From Macrostomum lignano (lineage: Eukaryota): a stretch of DNA of 64,000 nucleotides. The stretch lies in the NCBI GenBank assembly GCA_002269645.1, contig NIVC01000132.1, forward strand, positions 310,001 through 374,000, given 5' to 3'. The notes beneath the pieces are model-generated. The model had not been told where the DNA came from. It did not search any database and saw only the letters and a program-made list of their open reading frames with translations. Numbering within the stretch: the first letter of the stretch is position 1; the number at the start of each line of letters is the position of its first letter. Below, in pieces: positions 39,371 to 52,341 of this stretch. A program made the translations under genes and the position numbers.

Positions 39371-39857
39371 ACCTGACAGCTTCGGTACCTGACAGCTTCG
39401 GTACCTGACAGCTTCGGTACCTGACAGCTTCGGTACCTGACAGCTTCGGTACCTGACAGCTTCGGTACCTGACAGCTTCGGTACCTGACAGCTTCGGTAC
39501 CTGACAGCTTCGGTACCTGACAGCTTCGGTACCTGACAGCTTCGGTACCTGACAGCTTCGGTACCTGACAGCTTCGGTACCTGACAGCTTCGGTACCTGA
39601 CAGCTTCGGTACCTGACAGCTTCGGTACCTGACAGCTTCGGTACCTGACAGCTTCGGTACCTGACAGCTTCGGTACCTGACAGCTTCAGTACCTGACAGC
39701 TTCGGTACCTGACAGCTTCGCTACCTTCCGACAGCTTAGGTACCTGACAGTTTCAGTACCTGACAGCTTCGGTACCTGACAGCTTCGCTACCTTCCGACA
39801 GCTTAGGTACCTGACAGTTTCAGTACCTGACAGCTTCGGTTCCTGACAGCTTCGGTA
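39371..39857. repeat. 16-bp minisatellite (ACCTGACAGCTTCGGT), ~30 copies
   Basis: Tandem periodicity. Confidence 0.95.
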
Positions 39858-42501
39858 CCGTAGCCAACAGTGCATACGCTGATTCATGCTCAGTCCCTAC
39901 CAGCCAAGAGATGATGCCCAGCAGCATCTGCAGCCAGACGGTGTGCTCTTTGTAAAGCCGAGAGACACGTGCCCAGAAGAATGCCGACGCTGTGCGGATC
40001 TAGAAAAGCAGAGAATAAAATCCGCCAGGAAATGAATGAGGAAATGAATGAGGATGCCAACCTGCTCTACTTGCTCAGCCTTATAAAGTCTTTTAAAGCC
40101 AATGAATTCAACGCCCACGAGTCTAAAAGCATTGCACTTAATATGCAACCAACTTTTGCCGTGTTCTGAATGAAATCTATCCAGCCCTAATCACCAGGAG
40201 ACTCCCAGATAACCGCCGCCCAATGGAACCGCCACTGCTGTCTACCCCTCTTCCTGAGCCAAATTCATGCTAGCAAAGGAGGGGGAGCCGGATTAGGGAA
40301 TATTGGGATTCTAAGCCATCTTCTCTCCGCCTCTCCGCTCCCGGTTTTTTTGGCAGGCGCAGATTTATGGGATGCCAATGATTATTTTCTGCCATCAGCT
40401 CCCCCCCCCCTAAGCGCTCATTCTTCCCCAGGCCGCCTCTTCCGCCTGCCCGCCTACCCGCCGCTCCTTCGCTATTTTCCAAAAAACTCCGTCTCTATTT
40501 CTCATTTTTCCCCTACTCTCCCCAGCTCAAACCCCAGCCCGCCTGATTCCAATCTGATTGCGCTCTGGCAGGTAAATTAATTAATGGGGTGGGGGTGGGA
40601 TGCTGGGGCTGGTGTGAAGGCATGCGACCAGGTGCGCGAGCTGAGATGTAGGGGCTTGACCCCCTCTCTCCCTCCCTCATCCAGCAGTCACTATACCGTG
40701 AATTATTCAGACTAAATAGCCGCTCTTACCCAATAGTAGCCGTGGAATTCGGGGCCTCTAAAAGCCGCCCTGCTAAGCAAAACAACAACATTAAGAGGCG
40801 GCTGCTAAACTGCGCATTTGGCCAGTCATTCGCTCGCTTTGTATTTGCTTTTTCTGTCTGTCTCTCTCCCTCTCCCTCTCGCCTTTGTGGCGCTGCCGCC
40901 GGCTTTAAGCGCGGGGATTCAAGCTGGTCAATTGCTGCGGCAGTTAATTCAAGCGGCTGGCTGTCAATCAGTTATATCAGCCCTCAGCACTCCGAGTGCC
41001 CCTATCAGCGCCTCAACACTGGGATAGGGGCGGTATATAAGTGCGCTGTATTTTTTTCTCTAGGACTCTCAAGTCTCTGCTCCCGCCCGACAGTGATGCA
41101 GACCATGCAGCAGTCAGGCTAATTGGGCTAAGAGCGCCGGAGAGAGCGAGAGAGAGGGAAAGAGTGAGTTGGTTGAGACACGGGGATCAAGGATGCAAGT
41201 GTGAAATAGTGTGACGCTTTTGTGTTTTTTCTTCCTCTAGAAGCTCAGGCTGATAGGCGGGCTGCTCGAAATTTGCTTTTCAGAGAGAGAGAAGAGAGAG
41301 AGAGAACAGTGCTCATTTTTTATTAGTGCCGTCGTCGGGACAAAGTAGCGAGCGACACTAAGAGAGAGAGGGAGAGGAGATGGAGAGGAAAGGAAACTGC
41401 AAATATTGGATTACTCTTCCCGACTGCTCATGGGAGGCGCCACGAATTGTCGGGATAAACCACTTGCATTGCAGGGAAAGAGGATCTAACGGCACTCTCT
41501 CATATCCCCAGCTTCCAGGCTCTTCCTCATATCTATGCGCTTCATCTGAAGCTTGGGCGGTTACCAGCCGACCCCAGCGGCGTGTTGGATTTCTCATTCG
41601 CGATTCCGCCCGCCCCGATTAAGAAGCGACCGTCAGTCACTGCCGCCGCAACAGGAGAGGCGGCAGTGCCAGGCCGTTTAATTTCGCGTCCCTTGGGGCC
41701 AAGTGGGACCGACTTGAACAGGGCCAGAGTGGCTGCAAATTAAAGGCAATTTCAAACTTGTCAAGATTTTTAATTAGAAGCCAATTCTTCCTGGCAACAG
41801 GATGCCGAATCCCTGAGCAGGAGGCATTCAGATCGCTCTAGTCGATACTGAGTTATAAGAGCCGGCTGCAGCTTGGCAATGTGTGCAATGAAAATAAGGC
41901 GAACTGGAACAGTTTGTTTGCTTGGGCCCCGCCTTGTTTTTAATGCGGGACCCGCCAATGCCTTTGAAGTCCGGATAGTCGCGGGCGGAGAACTCCGGCC
42001 TTCCTTGTTAGGCGGTGCATTGTGCTTTCTAAGAAATAGGGAGGCCGCGGCTACTCTTTAGACCCGTTTGTGGTCTGCAGCGGGGAATGAAGCCGTTGCT
42101 AATTCTATATATTGAAACTGCACCTCTTCCTCTAATGCAATCGCTGGGCCTCTCAAATTCTTTCTTTTTCTGGTCGCACTCCGCTGCTGATGAAGAGAAT
42201 CCCCCCACACACACTCGCACACACTTTCTCTCTCTTCTTCACCCAAGAAGAGCCTCAAAGCGCGTTAATTCAATCCCATTTAGACTGGCCGCCTGCCCGC
42301 GGATCCTTCTTCTTTTGCTTCTTTTTTGTGGGTGCGGGAGGCTCGCGTGCGAGACTTTCGAGAGCTGGCCGCCGCAGTTACACTTGCTGTCGGTCGCATG
42401 AGCCCGGATCTCTGTGCACTTTTTTGTTTATCTCTGTAGTGTCGGTTTTTTTTAAGCAGAACACAAACTGGAAAGTCAGCTTGGGTTGATTCAATTTGGC
42501 T

Positions 42502-42762
42502 ATGAAGAATGAGGATGAAGACAAGGGAAATCAGGGCAGCTCAGCGGTAAAAACTTCTGACTCTCCTAGGCGACCCTTGGTTCGATTCCGTGAGCAAACA
42601 CATTCATTTGGGGCTTGTGCACGAAAACTGGCTCAGGGGGTTTGTCGTGCGACTCTCAGCCATGAAGGCCAACCCTCCAAAGCACATAGAGTGTACATGC
42701 CTCTCCCAGTCACGCCTCCTCTCAATCTGCACCCGGCGCAGATAGCGGCTTATACTGTGTCG
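42502..42762 (+). CDS. Possible upstream coding exon of gene 2 (MKNEDEDKG...AYTVS)
   Basis: ATG-initiated ORF with a TCG|GTAATA phase-0 donor. It joins exon A only via the 42946 acceptor plus one extra C in the C9 run at 42967-42975. Speculative. Confidence 0.25.
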
Positions 42763-42987
42763 GTAATAAACTGCTAGGATGATGAAATACAAGAAAGCGT
42801 GAGCGATAGAAAAACCAGTGACACCCGATCCGACCGCGATTCTCTGCTCCCTAGACTAGGGGATAATGATGTCTCTCGCTCAAGCGGCATGACTGAGCCA
42901 AGTGATTGGATCCGATCAGGTTGCTAATGATGACAATCTCTGCAGGTTAATTCACGGAATAAATATCCCCCCCCCAACTTCCCGCAG

Positions 42988-44245
42988 GCTCAGTGACCTC
43001 GACACCTGCCTACGTTCGACTGCAGCTGAAGGACATCGGCAGGCGGCGGCTTCTGCTAGTTCAGGAGTGGCTGATCCGCCAGCTGAGCTTCAGCGCTGTG
43101 CTCACCCTGCCCCTGCTTGGCCCGCATGCGACCTCGGGCAGCGACCACGGCGGCTCCGGCGGCCGCGACCTACCGGGCGACGCGGATCTTGAAGCCGATT
43201 TAGACGACTGCGCTGGAAGGTCAAGAATTTACCTGAGCCAGGTGCGCCTGACCGACTCAGCCGGGTCGGCGTTCGGCGGTGGCGGAGGCGGATCGCTGGC
43301 AGCGGCGGCGGCGGCGGCAGCTTCAGAGGAGGCCAATTGGGGCGGCAGCGGGCGCCGGCGCGTTCTCTTTGGCGCCGGCGGCATGGTGCCACTGGTGCTG
43401 TGCGTACTGCTGGGCCTGCTGTACCTGTTCCTGCTGGTCACCTTCCTGCTGGTCCGCTCGTGCCGTTCTGGTCGGAGCAGAAGCGGCCGCGACAGCGTTC
43501 AGCGACATCAGCAATTGTCAACTCCGGCGCCTGTTGCCACCTGCAGCCAGTGGCGCCGCCGACTCATTGTTGCTGTCTACCTGACCGTTCGCGTCTGCTA
43601 CTGCCTGCTGTTCACCTTCTCGGCCGGGGCTGCCCTCCTTATGGCCATGCGGCCGGCCGAGTTCGCCCGGCTCGAACGAGGTGGCAGAGGCGGCGGCAGC
43701 GGCGGCGACGAAGTCAGCTACGCGTCGTTCAGCTCGGAGCTGGAGCACCTTGAGACTCTGAGCGGCGCCGTGCAGGCCGGCCAGCTGCAGCACCTGCAGG
43801 AGATGCGGCACGCCTGCGACCGCGTACTGGCGGCCAACGTCGCCGACCTCGGCGCCGCCTTCGGCAGGTCGGCGGACGCTCAAGCTCGGCTGGCGTTTGA
43901 CGGTGACCGATCGGTTGGCCGCCTGCTCGGCGAGCGATTCGTTGCCGAGCACCGCAAGTTCGCCAACCGGCTGAGCGGCTTTCTGGACGTCCAACTGCAG
44001 GAGCTGAGCGACCGGCTGGAGTTGAAATACTCGCCCTACGCCAAGTACCTGAAGGAGGTGTACGGCAACAAGTGGATGAGCTTTCCGCTGAGCATTTACA
44101 ACCGGACCCACTTCCTCACCGAGTCTCTCTACGACTTCTACCAGAGAAAGTCTCACCTGAGAAAACGAGAAGTGGACTTTATGAGCTTCCTTGAAGACAC
44201 GAACGCCGAGGAGTTGCATCTCATGCCAACTGTTCTGTGGAAGAG
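42988..44245 (+). CDS. Gene 2 exon A, multi-pass membrane protein
   Basis: TTCCCGCAG acceptor, AG|GTTGGT donor in phase 2, GC3-rich. Hydrophobic segments VPLVLCVLLGLLYLFLLVTFLLV and LIVAVYLTVRVCYCLLFTFSAGAALL, then a long helical region. Confidence 0.85.
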
Positions 44246-44752
44246 GTTGGTCCGGCCTGAGCACTGGGCCCTGCCGGGGGGGATTCGCGTGCATGACTTG
44301 AGATCCGACAGATTTCTTGGGGAAGAGGAAAGCCAGGAAGCAGAATGGGGATATCTTATTTGGAGGCTGGTCAGGTGGGAAATTTCCCCGGAGAGTTTTT
44401 CTCCTCCCCGCCCTGTTTTCCTGTCTCCGCTTTTCACCTCCGGGCTCCGAGGCGAGAGGCTGCTTCAGCCGAAACCTGAGCCGGGCTTCCTTCTCCCTCT
44501 CATCTCCCTCCACCGAACGAGGACAGCGGCAGCAGGCGAAAGCCTTTTGGGGCATCGAGCGATGTTGGAATTGTCGCCTGTCCAGAATGGCGACGGCGGC
44601 AATTCCCGGGTCAGGAAGCCGGGGCTGCCATGGTCATTGACCGGACGCCCTCACAGGCTGAAGTGGCATTATTATTTATGGCAGTCCGACTCCTCTAGAG
44701 GAGCAATTGAACGGCCAAAGTAAAATTAGAGCCATTCCACCGCTTTCCCCAG

Positions 44753-45698
44753 GTTCGGCCAGATGCTGCCGCAGTTCAGCGATCCCGCGTTTTACCCGCC
44801 AGCCGCCGCCGTCGCCGCAGCTGCTGCCTCCCCAAAGCTGCCCTCCACCGGGTCCACGGCCACCGTGGGAGACTCGCATCGCTACTTCTGCTCTAACGAC
44901 GACTCCGCCTACCGGAACGAGGCTGGCAGCGGCAGCATCGGGTCTGCTGAAGATCCCGGAGGCGTTGATGACAGATTCCTGCGCGGCAGTGGCAGCGGCG
45001 GCGGCGGCGTCGGCTTCAGCCTGCTGCAGCTGAGGCTGTTCCTGCTGCTGCTGGACCTGCTGGTGCTGCTGTACCGCCTCTACCACACCGTGCGCACCGT
45101 CAGGCGGCTGTGCAGCGGCCGACAACCGGCCGACGACCCTTCCAAGTCGGACCTGCGCCCGCTCCAGCCGCAGTCGCCCGGTCGCCGCTTTCACCAACAG
45201 CAGCAGCAGCAGCTCCAGCAGCGGCCAGGAGACCGGCGCCGTCGGCTCGACCAGTCCGGCTCCGCGTCCGCGTCAGCGTCGGCTGCTTCATCGGACGGCT
45301 CCTCCGGCTGCTCCCGCCGGGTCGCCTGCTCGCAGTCGGGCCACTGCCTGGCGCTGCTCTGCGGCCTGACCGCCGCACTCTGCCTGCTCCTCGTCCTGGC
45401 CGTCTGCGAGCGGGCCGCCCTGGCCTTCAGCGCCTCCTCGGCGCCGCCGCCCACGCCCACTGGCGCGCTTTCAACCGCTCAGTTGACCTCGTCGTCGGCT
45501 CTGCAACAGCGGCAGCTTTTGACGGCAACTCGTCCGACTCGACCGTTGCTGGCCGAACTGGCCGAGCAGGCCGGACGCCTGGCCTCTGCGCAGGCGACGC
45601 TGCTGAACGGGCCGGGCTTTGCCGGCGCCTTCAAGCTGGAGGCCCGCGTTGAAGTGGCCCGGCTGATGCAGCTGGTCAGCAGGTTCAATTACGATCAG
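44753..45698 (+). CDS. Gene 2 exon B
   Basis: TTTCCCCAG acceptor (phase 2), CAG|GTGAGT donor (phase 0). Two further hydrophobic segments. Confidence 0.85.
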
Positions 45699-45829
45699 GT
45701 GAGTGACATGCCGGAAGAATTCCTGACAGACGAAAGGTAGCAGAGGTCCTGGACTTGAATCCATTTTCATTTTTATCATTCTTTTGAAAAGTCCGCAGTC
45801 TGTAGAAAAGAAAACACCCGAATTTGCAG

Positions 45830-45992
45830 AACTATTTCAAAGAGAGCTACCTGCGGTACGCATGCGAGCTGTCCGACCGGCAGCCGCAATACTGCAGCCT
45901 CGGCGGGACCGAAGTCTCGCCAGTCATATTCGACGATCAGACGTGCAACTTTCTGCCAATAGTCAGCGCCAATGTGTCCTTAGCGCGGCTAG
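45830..45992 (+). CDS. Gene 2 exon C (NYFKESYLRYACE...TCNFLP...ARL)
   Basis: TTTGCAG acceptor, G|GTGAGA donor, phase 0 to 1, open. Confidence 0.8.
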
Positions 45993-46014
45993 GTGAGACT
46001 TGAGTTCAGGGTTG

Positions 46015-46360
46015 GGGATTTGGAATTGGGGAGTGGGGGTTTGGGATCGGGGAATGGGGATTCGGCATCGGGGAATGAGGATTTTTAATCGAAGAATGGG
46101 GATTTGGGATCGGGGAATGAGGATTTGGAATTGGGGAGTGGGAGTTTGGGATTAGGGAATGAGGATTTGGAATTGGGGAGTGGGAGTTTGGGATTAGGGA
46201 ATGAGGATTTGGAATTGGGGAGTGGGAGTTTGGGATTAGGGAATGAGGATTTGGAATTGGGGAGTGGGAGTTTGGGATTAGGGAATGAGGATTTGGAATT
46301 GGGGAGTGGGAGTTTGGGATTAGGGAATGGGGATTTGGAATTGGGGAGTGGAGATTTGGG
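46015..46360. repeat. 42-bp G-rich minisatellite in the last intron of gene 2
   Basis: Unit contains GGGGAGTGGGAGTTTGGGATTAGGG; about 8 units. Confidence 0.9.
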
Positions 46361-46421
46361 ATCGTGGACCCATATTTTTAGGTCAATTACAAATCCCGAA
46401 TATCTCCTAAACGTCAATCAG

Positions 46422-46705
46422 GCGCACAGTCCGACGCTCTGGCGCAACTCCTAACCGACGCACGCAGTATCGCCCGCGCCCTGTGCAGCCTCAGCGTGTG
46501 CGGCCTCCTGCTGGCCGCCTGCTACCACGCGGCCGGCCTCATCGCAATGTCGGCGGTCGGGTCGGCGACTTCAGCAACATACAACACCAGCGGCAGTGGC
46601 GGCGGCGTCCTAGCATCGTCGGAGCAGTTGACTTCCGGGCCGATGCCAGGAGGTCACGAGACTTTCGGTCGGCTGGTGCCAGACGGTGGTCGTCAGCAGC
46701 TGATT

Positions 46706-46742
<37 letters not shown>

Positions 46743-46897
46743 TACAGCTGCAGTATCAGTTCCAGCAGCAGCAGCAACTGCAGCATCGCCAGCAGTTCAT
46801 GCAGCAGCAGCAGCAGCCCCACCAGCTGCACTATCAGCACAGTCTGAGACGCCTGCAAGAGGAGCCAATCGGCCACATCGAGGAGTCGAACGTCTGA
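46422..46897 (+). CDS. Gene 2 terminal exon D (last hydrophobic segment plus polyQ tail)
   Basis: AATCAG acceptor in phase 1, in frame with the 46496 ORF, stop TGA at 46895-46897. Confidence 0.8.
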
Positions 46898-47837
46898 AAG
46901 CTGCGAAACTGTGTAGCCCGAGCTCCCCGATCCCCTTTGTTGTCCTGCATTTCTCCACCGGGTTTCTCAATCCGGCGTCGCGTCATCCTGCTCAAGGACT
47001 TCTAGAACTAGGACCCCGGAATAGCGGCTCTAACAGCAAAACCCAAATTCTCGGACTAATTAAGGCTAGTAGAGTTTCTATTCCAAGTTCTAGTTCTTAG
47101 AAGTCCTTGTCCTGTTCCCAGTCCATCCCCGCACCCCAATGCTTAAATACTGTCTCTCTGTACCGGCCATTGCGGCCGCTTGCTGTCGTATTAGCCAATC
47201 TGCATAATATGTAGTCAGCCGAGTACGCGTCTCCCTTATAAGAGCTATAATAACTGATGTATTATCGAGCTTCGTTAATAACAATCCTGCGAGATAAAAA
47301 ATTAATTTTCTTTTGAAACAAAAAACTTGTCTGAGTGTGCTTATTGTGCTAATCTTGAGTAAGTGTGCAGTGCTGTTTAATCGTGTAAAACTCGCTAGTA
47401 GTGTGTATACGCGGCCTCTGCAAATAGCAAAGTTTCATTAATTTTTCTGTCCATTTGCGTCATAGCTTTAGACAAAAAATTATTTGTGCATGTGCCCTGT
47501 TGTTTGAAGATTGAAAGCGTCAGAAATATAAGGCGGTGTTGTGTGCAGTTTTGGTGAGTCATGATTTTTACGATGCTAAATATGGAAGTTTTTCCCATTC
47601 TTTATTTCAGTGGGTTAGATCCAGGAAGTTATAATGGACAGTATGTGATCAGGGCTAGTATGTGACGTCTTTCAGTGATTTCCTGCAGCAGTGAAATCGG
47701 AGATGAAATACTTCTTGTCCATGGTTCAAGTGTCCTTGACCTGCCTGCTGTCTCTGTAATTATGTGGATGATTTATGACTGTCTATGTTGCATGAATAAT
47801 CAGGTAACGGAAGGGGGAGTCAGATTTAAGGGTTAAA

Positions 47838-49347
47838 TCTGCTATCTAACAGGTGAGTCAGGTGTGTTTCACACCCTAGATGTAGCTGCTATCTAACAGG
47901 TGAGTCAGGTGTGTTTCACACAGGTGCAGCTCCTATCTAACAGGTGAGTCAGGTGTGTTTCACACAGGTGTAGCTCCTATCTAACAGGTGAGTCAGGTGT
48001 GTTTCACACAGGTGCAGCTCCTATCTAACAGGTGAGTCAGGTGTGTTTCACACAGGTGTAGCTGCTATCTAACAGGTGAGTCAGGAGTGTTTCACACAGG
48101 TGTAGCTGCTATCTAACAGGTGAGTCAGGTGTGTTTCACACAGGTGTAGCTGCTATCTAACAGGTGAGTCAGGTGTGTTTCACACAGGTGCAGCTCCTAT
48201 CTAACAGGTGAGTCAGGTGTGTTTCACACAGGTGTAGCTCCTATCTAACAGGTGAGTCAGGTGTGTTTCACACAGGTGTAACTCCTATCTAACAGGTGAG
48301 TCAGGTGTGTTTCACACAGGTGTAGCTCCTATCTAACAGGTGAGTCAGGTGTGTTTCACACAGGTGTAGCTGCTATCTAACAGGTGAGTCAGGAGTGTTT
48401 CACACAGGTGCAGCTGCTATCTAACAGGTGAGTCAGGTGTGTTTCACACAGGTGCAGCTCCTATCTAACAGGTGAGTCAGGTGTGTTTCACACAGGTGTA
48501 GCTGCTATCTAACAGGTGAGTCAGGAGTGTTTCACACAGGTGTAGCTGCTATCTAACAGGTGAGTCAGGTGTGTTTCACACAGGTGTAGCTGCTATCTAA
48601 CAGGTGAGTCAGGAGTGTTTCACATAGGTGTAGCTCCTATCTAACAGGTGAGTCAGGAGTGTTTCACACAGGTGTAGCTGCTATCTAACAGGTGAGTCAG
48701 GTGTGTTTCACACAGGTGTAGCTGCTATCTAACAGGTGAGTCAGGTGTGTTTCACACAGGTGTAGCTGCTATCTAACAGGTGAGTCAGGTGTGTTTCACA
48801 CAGGTGTAGCTGCTATCTAACAGGTGAGTCAGGTGTGTTTCACACAGGTGTAGCTGGTATCTAACAGGTGAGTCAGGTGTGTTTCACACAGGTGTAGCTC
48901 CTATCTAACAGGTGAGTCAGGTGTGTTTCACACAGGTGTAGCTGGTATCTAACAGGTGAGTCAGGTGTGTTTCACACAGGTGTAGCTGCTATCTAACAGG
49001 TGAGTCAGGTGTGTTTCACACAGGTGTAGCTGGTATCTAACAGGTGAGTCAGGTGTGTTTCACACAGGTGTAGCTCCTATCTAACAGGTGAGTCAGGTGT
49101 GTTTCACACAGGTGTAGCTGCTATCTAACAGGTGAGTCAGGTGTGTTTCACACAGGTGTAGCTCCTATCTAACAGGTGGGTCAGGTGTGTTTCACACAGG
49201 TGTAGCTCCTATCTAACAGGTGAGTCAGGTGTGTTTCACACAGGTGTAGCTGCTATCTAACAGGTGAGTCAGGTGTGTTTCACACAGGTGTAGCTCCTAT
49301 CTAACAGGTGAGTCAGGTGTGTTTCACACAGGTGCAGCTGCTATCTA
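47838..49347. repeat. 44-bp minisatellite (CTATCTAACAGGTGAGTCAGGTGTGTTTCACACAGGTGTAGCTG), ~34 copies
   Basis: Highly homogeneous tandem periodicity. Confidence 0.95.
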
Positions 49348-51049
49348 AAAAGTGACTTTGTGGCTGTCAATCAGCTTTAACCATGCAGCTATAGCAACAG
49401 CAATGCATCCCAGAAAAGTGCATATCCCAACATCCTAGCAACACAACTCCTCCAGCCAGTTATTGTCGTGTCCGGCAGTAAAAGTAAAATCTTGAAAAGG
49501 CATCGCGCAGCAACCTTGAAAAAATCAATGCGGCTACTGAAGAAATGACGGCGTCAACGCAGAAATCTAGGGTTGCTGCTGTTTACGGCCAACCGTTGCC
49601 CCTCGCAAAGCAATTGCGCTAATTATTGCATAGTTATATAATTGCATAATTATTGCACGGAGCAATAATTCTGTAGCAATAACTCCTGTTTCAGCTTTGC
49701 CATACCGCTTCTGTGTCACATTTCTTATCTTGCTGCTAAGCTCCGAGGCAGTTACTACACAGCGGCAGCAATAAAAATCCAAGTTCTGTATGGATATTTT
49801 TTGGCTACTCCAGCTCTCGGGAATGCTGACGACACGTCGAGATTAAAATCCCATATTATCCCCTTTCTCCTGCAGGGCACAGCCGGCTGGCAGTGAATGG
49901 TGAATGTTCTGCAGCCAGTGCTGTACACCATGTGTGAGCGTGTTCAACTTGCCTGTAACTACCTGTAACCTTCCGGCAGATCTCATGAATATTGAAAAAC
50001 TAACTTTTACAGCCTGACTCAACTTCTCTTCACTCAATGCACAGAATCGTATTACGGATTCCTGCAAACCAATTACCCGAGCCAATAAAATTCCAAAAAA
50101 GGAATTCGAATCAACTCTCCAGATATCTAGGACTTGGACCTCCTTGGATTCAATCGACTCTTTATCTTAGCCCAGTTCCTTCAATATAAATCCCCAAGCT
50201 GATTCCCAACTTATTCCCATCCAAAGTGTTATCAGTCGGTTGCCAGCTATAGTTGGGAATTTCAATCGGGGTTGGCCCATTGCGCAACCGTTGCTGTTTT
50301 ATGAAGAGCTGAGATGAGGAAAATTCTTAAAGCAAAGCTTGCCCAGCCGTGAAATCTCGCGCTCCAGCCTCTCTACCTTCCTCATCGATAGAGAGGATCG
50401 GCCCGGCTTGAAGATCCTCAGTAGGAGAAAAACGAATATGGGAAGCTGAGAATCTGCCTGCCGTTATGGGAGAGCTGTCCCATAAATTCTTTATCGATGC
50501 TTCAGAACCTCTCTCAGCTTCATCTCTCTAGAATCCCGCAGCTGCCAGTTGAAGAGCTGAGCCTCGGCCCCTGCGGCATTTGGTTGACAACTGCATATGG
50601 GCAGCGGATAATAATTTTATCTGCAGCAACTTTGCCGCGGCTCGAACACAAGACAAATTTTGAGCACAAATTTGAGATGTCTACCGACGACATGAAAGTT
50701 GAACTGGTCTCTTGCTTCTCCATCACCTTTGGTTTAATTCCCTCCGATGCCTCCTACCTGTCAGATTCACGCTTGGTTGGTCCACTTCACAGCCACTTCA
50801 GTAGCCGCGCGCGCGTGACTTGGGGGACCCCTCACCCTGCATGTATGAACTGCAGTACCTGGCTGCTTACATTCCGGATGCACACAGTTCATTTCTGTAC
50901 TTTTACACAAGACACTTAATAAGCTGCATGCGCTATAAGGAATACCTGCTATGCCCTTATTTTCTGATTTCATAATGCGTACCTTGGTCGCTAATTCTGA
51001 TATTATGGGGGCTTGCACTCATTGAAACCTCAACTAGAAGTGCCGACAC

Positions 51050-51348
51050 ACAGCTAGACTCATTGACAACACAGCTAGACTCATTGACAACACAGCTAGA
51101 CTCATTGACAACACAGCTAGACTCATTGACAACACAGCTGGACTCATTGACAACACAGCTTGACTAATTGACAACACAGCTAGACTCATTGACAACACAA
51201 GACTCATTGACAACTCATTGACAACATAGCTGGACTAGACTCATTGACAACACAGCTGGACTCATTGACAACACAGCTAGACTCATTGACAACACAGCTA
51301 GACTCATTGACAACATAGCTGGACTAGACTCATTGACAACACAGCTAG
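51050..51348. repeat. 21-bp minisatellite (ACAGCTAGACTCATTGACAAC), ~13 copies
   Basis: Tandem periodicity. Confidence 0.9.
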
Positions 51349-51989
51349 AAAAGTAGCACATCTAGATCTGTAGTATTAAGTGCCTTGATTCGATTCTGAG
51401 CGAATCGTTCTAAAATTGGTCTGACATATTGTGCGATTCCCCAACCTCAAACCCCAGTCCAAAATGCAAGATGGGTGTACATGCTAAAGCCGCTGTACAC
51501 CCTGTGTGAATGCTATGCACGGGTCCGTATTCCAGTCAATGGTGTGGGCATTAACTTCTTGCCTCTTCGCTGACTGCCTCCGACTAACTAACCTATGAGC
51601 AAAACTTGCTCCTAATGATCTAAAGCACAGAAGGCACGTGACTCTGGTCGAGCGAGTGCACGGCGAGTCAATTTACAGGTGCCCTCTCTATTATGCATTC
51701 GGCAAAACCCATACAGAGTTCGAGGAAAGATAACAGCTGCCTTGGTTTAAGCTCTCTAGCACTGCGCAACTCTGCCACCGAATACATATCACTTTCTCGG
51801 CAAGAGGCATAGCAATCGTTAATGTTAAAAATAGTCACTTTAAATTCCAAATGCAAATCTATACTGTGCCCTTAAAGGAAAGAGCTTAAACAGAAAATAA
51901 GCTTGATAAATCAAGCCACTGCCCTGCTGAGTCTGCAGTGAGCAGCCTACTGCATTCATCCGATCGACCAGATTCGACCAGAAGCAAGC

Positions 51990-52036
51990 ATGAGCAGCAA
52001 GGCGGTGCTGCTCACTGCAGTTCGACCACGCTCTGA
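51990..52036 (+). CDS. Gene 3 exon 1 (MSSKAVLLTAVRPRS)
   Basis: AGCATG start and GA|GTGAGT donor in phase 2, matching the 53646 acceptor. Confidence 0.55.
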
Positions 52037-52341
52037 GTGAGTCTAAAAATTAGCAGAGTTGCTTTCGGAAGTGGGCAGCAATCCTCTTGGGCAGCTGGAG
52101 CCTGCATCGTCTGTGGGCAGTAGGATGTACCGCGTTGGTGACTCGCTCGAAGCCGATCTAAAATGCGGTGCGCCGCTCGCTGCTCTAGCGAGTCCATCAG
52201 CGTCCGTCAGCTTGATTCGGCGCTGCTGAAAATAGAATTAAAGTAGATCATATATCAATAAATAGAATTCTTAAAGTCCCTTATGTATCAGGGATCGACA
52301 TGCCAGTAGTACGTAAGGACATGCATGTAATCAGATGGTGA

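Noticed and set aside
39900-40035. Coding-like stretch PRDDAQQHLQ...CPEECRRCADLEKQRIKSARK*
   Set aside because: No suitable donor or phase link to gene 2; cannot be supported.
34900-42400. Many short ORFs in the gene 1-gene 2 interval
   Set aside because: They lack codon bias and splice-consistent structure. The region looks like non-coding or regulatory DNA with G/C homopolymers.
49843-52197. Short ORFs 49843-50085, 50497-50919 and 52012-52197 as a minus- or plus-strand gene
   Set aside because: No domains and no consistent splice chain found.
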